The notes under the pieces are model-generated. The model was not told where the DNA came from. It saw only the letters and a program-made list of their open reading frames with translations, and made no database searches. The translations under genes were made by a program, and so were the position numbers. Below are positions 8,859-16,860 of a DNA stretch of 20,000 nt, piece by piece (positions within the stretch are counted from its first letter, which is position 1; every line of letters begins with the position of its first letter). The DNA lies in contig JALAGF010000414.1 in NCBI GenBank assembly GCA_030167865.1, forward strand, positions 44,374-64,373, written 5' to 3'. This stretch comes from Craspedostauros australis. Lineage: Eukaryota.

Positions 8859-10934
8859 TCAACGGTATCGAAAGTTGCGTCTCTGCTGTTGATGCCGCTG
8901 TTGCGATTGCTGCGGCCGCCGCTTATCTTTGCTTGGGATCTTGCGAATGAAAAACATCAAGCCCAACCTCCTCGCAACACTTTCGTATCCGCCGTACTCG
9001 TGAATCTTGGCATCGAGATCAGGACGTTCCCAGATGTCCAGCTTCTCGGCTGTGGGCATCCGCAGGTAGGGATACTTCAACGGAGGCTTGTGCACAAAAT
9101 GATCCTCGCGGACAAGCCCAAGCAAATCGATTGCAAATACCAAATCGAATGGGCCCCAATTCATATCATCTCCGTAGTAATTGGAGTGAGATGCGCCCGG
9201 TTGATCCTGAAGCAAGCTAGATGACGAAGTTGATGCTCGCCGTGCGTCTGCGTTCCTGTCGCTCATGCCAAACTTGTTGGCGACGAATTTGCGACCTCCG
9301 TAGTACGTCACGAGCTTGGCCAATTCTGGATTCCTATCGCGGACTTCCACCATGACAGGGAAGCGCGAATAATCGCCATCATAGTATTCATCCAAATAGG
9401 ATCGCAGGAATACGAGCATTTGGTACAGACCTTCGAAGTACCACCAATCCCGAAACTCCACCATCCCTGCTAGGCGGCCGATCGCCCGAACACCGCCGTG
9501 ACGCTTTATGGCTTGATGCAGGTCGTACCGCCCCTCCTTGATGAGTTCGCTTGCGCGCGGCATCCAAACGGATGGCCGTTGGTGCTCTGCCTGGTACCCG
9601 TCTACGTAATCAAACAACTCCTTGAGGATGGTTCGGAGATCCCAGAAATTCTTTGGGCGTCTGATGCCGTTGTACGTCCATTTGGAATCGTCTGTGCTGC
9701 TGCTGCTATTATCACCGCCGTTGTTGGTGACGGATGTTACATTGCTGGATTTGGCAACGACATCTTCGTTTGCAGTGTCAGGATGGCAGGGATCATCGCC
9801 GGTGTGTTGTTGCTGCTTGGGTGATGACGGCGGCTTGAGAAGGCTGAGATTGGAATCAGCCTGGACCAAGGCATTCATGAACGACGGCATCCTCCGGACT
9901 GCATCCGTCCACCTACCTGGCATGATGATGGTTCGTTCATTTCCCAGAAGCATGGCAAGCTCACTGCGTCCAGTGTACTTGGCTATCATTGCGCGCAGAT
10001 CGTGCCTCCCCCAATAATTGAGTAACCTTTCATTTGGGATGACGATGATGTTGTTCCTGTCTCTGTTTCTGCTGCTACCATTGTTGACACCCGTCCGTGT
10101 CGCATGCTCCGATTCCGTTGCATGATGAGAAGGACGGATCAGCGTCTCCAGATCCTGGGCGATGCCCGCATTGTGCGACCATGCATGCTGCAGCTCTGCC
10201 TCGACATTGTCGAGATTGCTCCAATAATGCCGCGGTTTCCGATTCTGATGTCGCCGTCGGCGCTGCATCTTCGATCGAGAATTGCTGGCGGGTGCGTCAC
10301 GCGGCACGAAGGACTTTGTTGATGGTTTTGGTTTCGGTGTTGGAGGCACTTTAACTTGAGGCGTTGCTTTTGATGTCGTTGTTGCCATTGCTGTTGTATT
10401 GATCTGCATGTTGCCAACGGAATAGGTGCCGACGTCATCCGCGCCACGTTTGGACGCAAGTGACGACGCAGCAGGCCGCGGGTCGAGCGCTGATAGTCTT
10501 CGCTGGTTGCGGCTGAACGATCGCGTCGATCGTTGATTTATCATCGTTGGAGGAGAGTGCCTGCTGGCCCTCACGTTCCCCGTCGCTGCAATGGCATGCC
10601 GCGGCTCGAACGAAGCGACATGTGGAATCGTCTGCAAGCAACAGGCCCGTGCGAATAGCAACATGACATGGAGTATGACGTGGAATATGGTGGGGAACAC
10701 CACAGACCGAGGCCGCTTCGTCTTGGCAGATGCCAAGCCCGCGCAGGACTCGGTTACTCTTCTACCATGAGCGACTCCGCAGTGAGCGTGGGTGCCATGT
10801 TGCATCTCGCACTGGATCTTATCGATTTGTGACACCGGTGTTGCTGTCATCGCATTCCATTCATCGTGCGAGGGCGTTGTCGGAGTTTGTGCTGATCGAC
10901 GATGTGGATCCTGTTGCCGAATTGGCGGCCACAT
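8859..10934 (-). CDS. 691-aa uncharacterised protein with four diverged helical repeats (W...L...P...L...GR.DL...I...GG...A..LG); possibly plastid-targeted, true start may be ATG at 10664
   Basis: Long open frame. The repeat units end GRHDLRAMIAKYTGRSELAMLLG, GRYDLHQAIKRHGGVRAIGRLAG, NPELAKLVTYYGGRKFVANKFG and ERPDLDAKIHEYGGYESVARRLG, and two begin RKPRHYW / RRPKNFW. A hydrophobic stretch ending VAS-F is followed by an S/R/T-rich segment. Confidence 0.8.
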   Translation of the reverse strand: MWPPIRQQDPHRRSAQTPTTPSHDEWNAMTATPVSQIDKIQCEMQHGTHAHCGVAHGRRVTESCAGLASAKTKRPRSVVFPTIFHVILHVMLLFARACCLQTIPHVASFEPRHAIAATGNVRASRHSPPTMINQRSTRSFSRNQRRLSALDPRPAASSLASKRGADDVGTYSVGNMQINTTAMATTTSKATPQVKVPPTPKPKPSTKSFVPRDAPASNSRSKMQRRRRHQNRKPRHYWSNLDNVEAELQHAWSHNAGIAQDLETLIRPSHHATESEHATRTGVNNGSSRNRDRNNIIVIPNERLLNYWGRHDLRAMIAKYTGRSELAMLLGNERTIIMPGRWTDAVRRMPSFMNALVQADSNLSLLKPPSSPKQQQHTGDDPCHPDTANEDVVAKSSNVTSVTNNGGDNSSSSTDDSKWTYNGIRRPKNFWDLRTILKELFDYVDGYQAEHQRPSVWMPRASELIKEGRYDLHQAIKRHGGVRAIGRLAGMVEFRDWWYFEGLYQMLVFLRSYLDEYYDGDYSRFPVMVEVRDRNPELAKLVTYYGGRKFVANKFGMSDRNADARRASTSSSSLLQDQPGASHSNYYGDDMNWGPFDLVFAIDLLGLVREDHFVHKPPLKYPYLRMPTAEKLDIWERPDLDAKIHEYGGYESVARRLGLMFFIRKIPSKDKRRPQQSQQRHQQQRRNFRYR

Positions 10935-11371
10935 GCTCTGTTGTGGAGAATGCTGTCAGGGATTGGACCAACACCGCCTTCGCCAAGAGCGTCCAGATTG
11001 TTTCGCTATCACTTCCACGTGGAACGAGCTTTTGTCCGACACTTCCACAAAGTTGAGAACAGAAGGCAGCCCACGATGGTGATGGTACGGACGACAATCG
11101 CCGGAGCAAGCAATCATTATCCTTTTCACGGCCACCAACAGAGAACATCAACAAGCTGATCTCTAACACTCACAGATATCGATGTCTCCAGAGTGTTCTA
11201 TGTATAGTAGTCTGATCATGTTTGTGTTGTGATGGTCGGGACAGATCTGTGAACAGCTATCGTGCAATAATTTCACAGCACAATGATGCGTGGAGGACTC
11301 AATTGTAGTATATTTAAATTCAATTTTGACCAACAGCGTCAGCACAACAGCAGCAAGAATCTGCCAGTTTC

Positions 11372-11443
11372 AGCTGCGTGGCGCAGAGGAAGCGTGCCAG
11401 GCTCATAACCTGGAGGTCGGTGGATCGAAACCACTCGCAGCTA
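11372..11443 (+). tRNA. Initiator tRNA-Met (CAT), copy 1
   Basis: 72-nt cloverleaf: acceptor AGCTGCG/CGCAGCT (A1:U72), D stem GCGC/GCGT, anticodon stem CCAGG/CCTGG with loop CTCATAA, T loop ATCGAAA (A54/A60, the eukaryotic initiator signature). A T5 Pol III terminator lies at 11446-11450. Confidence 0.96.
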
Positions 11444-11566
11444 CATTTTTGCACGAAAGTGTCGTCAATGGGCAACGCGCGGCTTTCTTTTGGCTGGACT
11501 TTGAGCACCTCCGTTGCACTGGAAGTTAGGAGAGTGCAACACTCGCAGCAAGGATCAGCTTGTATC

Positions 11567-11638
11567 AGCTGCGTGGCGCAGAGGAAGCGTGCCAGGCTCA
11601 TAACCTGGAGGTCGGTGGATCGAAACCACTCGCAGCTA
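11567..11638 (+). tRNA. Initiator tRNA-Met (CAT), copy 2 (identical to copy 1)
   Basis: The same 72-nt sequence 195 bp downstream, with T4 at 11642-11645. Confidence 0.96.
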
Positions 11639-12269
11639 CACTTTTACACGATGGACTCAGCGAGGGAAGGGTGTGTGTTTCTTTTGCATGAACTTGGAGC
11701 ATCCCGATGCACTCGAACTTGAGAGGCTGTGGCATTCTCTCTCGAGGGACAGAGAGGGTTTTCTTTTTTAAGGCTGGCCAATGAAGCGCTCCATGAAATG
11801 CTCCATTTATACTCCTTTGAACTCGGCTCAACCAGTCCGTAGTCGGTCTTATCGCATCATGCTTCTCCCTTCTGCTACGGTAACAATGGATGCAGTCAAC
11901 ATCGCATCACTCAGAACCAAACTCCCTATTAGGGAGTTATTGCATGTAAAATGAAGCCACCCCTGGAACCTGTCGTGGCGACAACGAGTGGGGAGCCCTC
12001 CCGAAAACGTTTGCATCGGCGTTGGATCTTGGAGGGACTGGATTTAATCTGTGTAGTCGTACATCTGGGTCGTGATTGCTCCCTTCCCTCATTCTTTCGT
12101 AGAATTTGTTGGCACCACATTTCCATCCCGAAGCCGGAGGACCTGATGGCAAACCAATTCTTGATGTTCTCTTCTCCAGACCGACAATGTTTTTTGCACA
12201 CACCTTCTCCCTGCCTCCTCCTGCCCATCAGTTCCGCTTGGGTGCTTCCCTCTCCCCCATCACCTTCTC

Positions 12270-12760
12270 TTCACATGCCATTGCAGCTCCATATCTCAAC
12301 GACCTGGGGTTGTTCCAGCCTCAGTTCGCCTCTTACGCTCACAACGTCAGCATGCTCACAAAGGACTTGGTGGACAACACCATTGGGTTCATCGACGGGA
12401 TATTCAGGGCCACATGCTGACTGATGTACAACCAGCAGATGACATACTCTGGGCACAAGCATATGAACAGGATTGAGTTCCAGGGAATTGTTGGTGTGGA
12501 TGGCTTGATCCTGCATTTCTATGGTTCAATCCTTGGAAACTGCCACAATTTGTTCATGCTCCACGAGAGTGGCGTCAAGCCAAGGATGAGGGAATTGATA
12601 CCTCTTCCAGGGTTCCAAAGGCCATACCGTTTGGACAGTGATCCAGTGTATCACAATGGCATTCGTGTTTGATGCATTTTGCAATGCAGCTGAGGGTTCC
12701 CCACAAGCTATGTGTAATAGGAACATGCCCTCTGCGCGGATCTGTGTCGAATGGGAGTTC
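12270..12760 (+). pseudogene. PIF/Harbinger (HARBI1-like, DDE_Tnp_4) transposase remnant
   Basis: Reads NTIGFIDGIFRATC*LMYNQQMTYSGHKHMNRIEFQGIVGVDGLILHFYGSILGNCHNLFMLHESG...YRLDSDPVY, then frameshifts to CNRNMPSARICVEWEF. This fits the Harbinger motifs GFIDGT, YSGHK, DGLI, GDxAY and N..MS..R..VEW.F. There is an in-frame stop at 12418-12420. The 5' boundary is approximate. Confidence 0.88.
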
Positions 12761-13157
12761 TATTGGAGCGTGAGCGAAAACGGACATCGAATCAAACAGG
12801 TCGAAGATGTCACGCTGAGCGCAGAAAGCGCGAGAGCACAAGCAACACAGAGGATGACTGATGAGAACAGGTCAGCCGCTGTCATCGACAAGAACAAGAA
12901 CAAAGACAAGAGCAACAGCAGAAAAGCTCATAATCCCAATTAGGTTACACCATCAACATCATCATCTGTATCACCACATTCCGTTAGTTTATACGACCTC
13001 GAGAGCTCACTACGTTGTGCCACACCGACGAGACCGCCGACGCCGCCGCCGCAGAGATTTGAGAGAGAAGGCACGGGCACGGGCACATTCTAATCCGGAA
13101 GGCAATCACGAGTTGAGGAGGGATTTCGCGTATGCAGAGAACAGAAGTGCGGACAGA

Positions 13158-13177
13158 AGAGAGAGAGAGAGAGAGAG
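13158..13177. repeat. (AG)10 microsatellite immediately upstream of the 13181 ATG
   Basis: Read directly. Confidence 0.9.
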
Positions 13178-13180
13178 AAG

Positions 13181-13993
13181 ATGTCGCGATCCACTGGGAT
13201 TAACACCGCGTCTGGGTTCCAGATGCCCAAAGAACCACCAGATAAAACAACAACGACGATTGCCTTCCTGACTGAGAGCATGGGTTTTAGCAGAGTGTTC
13301 ATCGATTGTATGACATTCTTCACCAAGCGACAAGTCGACAAGGGATTGGAACTCAGCAGGGTCCTTGGGAACATGTGCCACATCGGTGGACGTGGCCCAT
13401 CCATCATGGTGATGACGACCAGAGTACCAGCCATGCTCATTCCGCTGTTACAGGACTTCGAACTGCTCATGTCCTTTGCAGAGTACATTGAGGTGCACAA
13501 AGACCTATCTGACATTCCAGACGGAGCATCCATCCTTTGCGTCAAGACAGACATCCTTGACGTTGAAGACTTTGACAACTACGTGTCAGTACACCCACAC
13601 CCAAAGATAGCAGTGCTTCACCAAGCTGTCAGGAAACAGCAGCCAAGGAATGCAGAGAACTGCATGGCATGGTATGGCATGGACGCCACCCAAGCAGCCG
13701 TCTACTCCAAGTTTGTCCAAGGAACCATCGAGACGTTCGACGACCTCAAGACCACCATAAACAAAGAAACGAAGGCAGGATGTACTGCACCATCCATCAG
13801 CCAACGAGCAGGAATAGCCAAGTCACCAGAATGTGTGGTCCCTGCAATGCCTGCGGTAGTGGAGGTTCCAGAACTGCACAGCTCTCCAAGCTTTGATGAC
13901 GTGGCAGCAACCATTTGTCGAACAAGTGCATCCATCCCCGACATGAATGCACCAGCTGATGCTGTTAGCAAGCACAGATGGCTGCACATGTGA
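13181..13993 (+). CDS. 270-aa ORF in the gag position of the Copia element; function not recognised
   Basis: Open 270-codon frame upstream of, and slightly overlapping, the pol-derived frame. No CCHC knuckle or protease motif is visible, so the gag assignment is positional only. Confidence 0.4.
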   Translation: MSRSTGINTASGFQMPKEPPDKTTTTIAFLTESMGFSRVFIDCMTFFTKRQVDKGLELSRVLGNMCHIGGRGPSIMVMTTRVPAMLIPLLQDFELLMSFAEYIEVHKDLSDIPDGASILCVKTDILDVEDFDNYVSVHPHPKIAVLHQAVRKQQPRNAENCMAWYGMDATQAAVYSKFVQGTIETFDDLKTTINKETKAGCTAPSISQRAGIAKSPECVVPAMPAVVEVPELHSSPSFDDVAATICRTSASIPDMNAPADAVSKHRWLHM

Positions 13994-15735
13994 AAAGCAT
14001 GGAACACATCAACAACAAGCAAGGTCTGAAAGACCCTGATGAACAGCCATCGCCAATGCAACTACACACATTTGCATACGACTCCACAGACAAGTCCGTC
14101 AGTGGTACTGTATCTACTTCCGGTCGATCCCAACAAACAGCTGAAGAGCTCAAGTGGGTGGTCTGGAAGACAAGGGCGAATACCGCCGCTACTGTACCCT
14201 TCAAGCAGAACTTTGTGTGCAAAAGGGCTGGACAACCGACCACCATATGCCCTGGCAAAACTGCCAGTGACTCAAGTGCGAATCCTCCGGATTGGGCATT
14301 GCCGCACTCCAAGGATTCAGGGGGAGACCCACTGGCCACCATGATCGTGGCAACGCCAAGTGTTAACCACATCCCAAAGCTACAAGATACAGCAAAGAAG
14401 AAGAAACGGACAGGAGTCCAACAAGATACACTGCCAAGGCGATCTGCCAGACCGAGACAACTGAAACAACGAGCATTTGGACTACGGATGCTCCACGAAA
14501 CTCTACACAAGGTCCTATTCCGTGGCACTGACCAGGAACACATGAAGCTGAAAGTGTTGTGGGCAAGCAGTGGCAAGTCATGGTACCGACTTGACGGTGT
14601 GCAACTCGACGATCCGTTCATCATTGTAAAGTATGCGAGGGCCAGGAAGTTGCAACATCACCCATTCTTCAGGTGGACCAAACCACTGATGACGACAAAC
14701 AAGGAACATCATCACACCCTTGCTGCAAATGCAACGAAGAAGACGAGCAAGAGAGGCACAAGAATCAAGACCGCCCTGTCAGCCAAGACATACATCAAGC
14801 GAGCTTGCACGCGCATCGAACGAGTGCTGACGAAGAAGCTGCGTCGTTGGGGAACACTCATGGCGGAATCCTACCATCCCGAAGCAGACAAGAGCGCATT
14901 GTTGTCTGGCATCGAGAGCAGCAAGTACAGGACGTTGATTGGCTGCGCAAACTGGATTATCACCCTTGGGCGATATGACATTCAGTATGCTGTGATGGCC
15001 CTTGTGAGGTTCTCCATGTCTCCCCGAGCGGGACATCTGAAGGCAATGGAACATGTGTTTGGATACCTGAAGTGCCACAAACAGGGGTGACTTTTATGTG
15101 ATCTAAACCCTCCAACACTACCAACACCATCCATCGAGCTGTCAGAACAATGGAAGGAGTACTACCCTGATGCTGCTGAAGAACTACCAAGTTCCATGCC
15201 ACCACCGAAGGGCAAGGCTGCACACATGATGGTCTACGTAGACGCTGATCATGCTCACAATTTAGTGACCAGGAGATCCGTCACCAGGATAATCGTCAAG
15301 ATCAATGGCATGGTGATACGAACTTTCTGAAAACGGCAACGAACAGTGGAGTCCTCGATCTACAGTTCAGAACTGGTCGCCGCACGTACCGCTGTGGACA
15401 CCATCATTGAGCTGAGGAATGCGCTATGCATGATGGGAGTCCCACTGGCCGGAGCAACGCGCATGTTCGGAGACAACAAATCCGTCATGTTGAACACCAC
15501 AATCCCATCCAGTGTCCTCAAGAAGAAACACTGCGGTATTGCATATCACAGAATCAGGGAAGCCATTGCAGCAGGGATACTGCAATTCGACCATATCGAC
15601 TCGGCAATGAATGAAGCTGACATTCTCACAAAGCCAGTGATGAAAACAGCATTCATCCAGCTGCGCCGCATGTCCCTATTCAGAAGACCCCCTCACATTT
15701 CCCCGGATACATATACGACCCGTGTGAGTCAATAG
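13978..15735 (+). pseudogene. Copia pol remnant: chromo-like segment, RT C-terminus and RNase HI, in one frame with two premature stops
   Basis: ALSAKTYI...YHPEADKS...KYRTLIGCANWIITLGRYDIQYAV..L.RF...PRAGHL.A...VFGYLK; YVDADHAHNLVTRRSVT; KRQRTVESSIYSSELVAAR; MFGDNKSV; LKKKHCGIAYHRIREAIAA; NEADILTKP. TGA stops lie at 15088-15090 and 15328-15330. Confidence 0.92.
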
Positions 15736-16786
15736 CGGTGCGGTCCCTCCAGGATTCTTTGATTTTGGACCTTCAATTCAGATGAAACTTGGCACACATA
15801 CACTTTAACATACTTAGATTCACAATTAGAGATTGAAGCTCCAGAGAGGTCGTACTTATAAAGTTATGAGATGATGAAGTTGGGCAGGCTACCTCTAATG
15901 GAGCCCACGATCTGTCGTGTTGTTTTTCTCGAGTTTGGGACTATCTCATGACATTTTGGTTTGTTCACGAGTTCGAGAATCTGTTTTTCGTTGGTTGGAG
16001 GCAAAACTTGATGCCGATTTCCGCATAGACGGGCAGACGGAAAATTATTGGGTACTCACAACGTGGTCAACTCGCGGTGTCAACGTGTGCAGCTGCCCAA
16101 ACTGCTCTTCCCCTCCTCATTCTCGTTTCACTGCGTACAGGATTATGATGGTGAAGGCGGTACTTCCAATGGACAGGGGATAGTCGAGCTTTAAAGCTCC
16201 TGAAAGAGTGAGGCGACGATGGAGAATGGGATTGACATCCTCAGTCTCGTGCATTACCGTGTTGTACTGTGGCGAATGTCCTTGTTCACATGTGTTCGAT
16301 CTCAGTCGTTCAATTCAACCCTTGTCGAAGAAATCGTCCCAAGTCTTTGAAGGAAATCATTTATGAAGTATTGAAGTACATGTAGTCTTCTGGGTGGCAG
16401 TGAGTAAGCTGGAGAAGAAGCAATGGTGGAACCCCTTTAGTCGCCATCAATCCAAAGCGGGAGAGGCCATTTTAAATATTGGCTCGCGTAACCCCCATTA
16501 ACGTTAATCGTGTTCCATGGCAACGATCTACGCAATTTCGACTACTGAGAAATGTGAACGTTTGAAATTCAAATTTGAAATTTCCCGATGACTCTCGTAT
16601 TTTATCATTGACATTTGTCAAACGTCATCATCAGTATTCCTTGTCCAATCACTTCGTCTCATCATCATGACGTGTGTATGCGGGTGCACGGACAGACAGT
16701 AGCTGGTTTTCGCAAGGCCTCCAAACGCAACAAATTCAACGCATGGTTTGGTGGGAGGCGTTGGGTGGACCAACAGATTCGTCCCA

Positions 16787-16860
16787 NNNNNNNNNNNNNN
16801 NNNNNNNNNNNNNNNNNNNNNNNNNNNNNNNNNNNNNNNNNNNNNNNNNNNNNNNNNNNN
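16787..16860. other. Assembly gap (74 N)
   Basis: Run of N flanked on both sides by the same 15-mer aacagattcgtccca. Confidence 0.97.

Larger units (their letters stand above)
11351..11730 (+). repeat. Diverged ~195-bp tandem duplication, each unit containing a tRNAi gene
   Basis: The flanks remain alignable: cagcaagaatctgc vs cagcaaggatcagc upstream, and tttcttttggctggactttgagcacctccgttgcactggaagtt vs tttcttttgcatgaacttggagcatcccgatgcactcgaactt downstream. Unit boundaries are approximate. Confidence 0.8.
12761..15735 (+). mobile_element. Degenerate, internally deleted Ty1/Copia LTR retrotransposon (diatom CoDi-like); boundaries approximate
   Basis: Begins where Harbinger homology stops. 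It contains an unassigned ORF and a pol remnant with RT C-terminus and Ty1/Copia RNase H. No clear LTR pair or TSD was found. Confidence 0.75.

Noticed and set aside
11351..11730. Repeat-spacer-repeat pattern as a CRISPR-like array
   Set aside because: The repeats are complete tRNA genes, the spacers are homologous to each other, and the context is eukaryotic with no cas genes.
12926..12933. gctcataa (and gttatgag at 15863-15870) as a half-tRNAiMet primer-binding site
   Set aside because: Only 8-nt matches, in the wrong orientation or position for the plus-strand Copia element.
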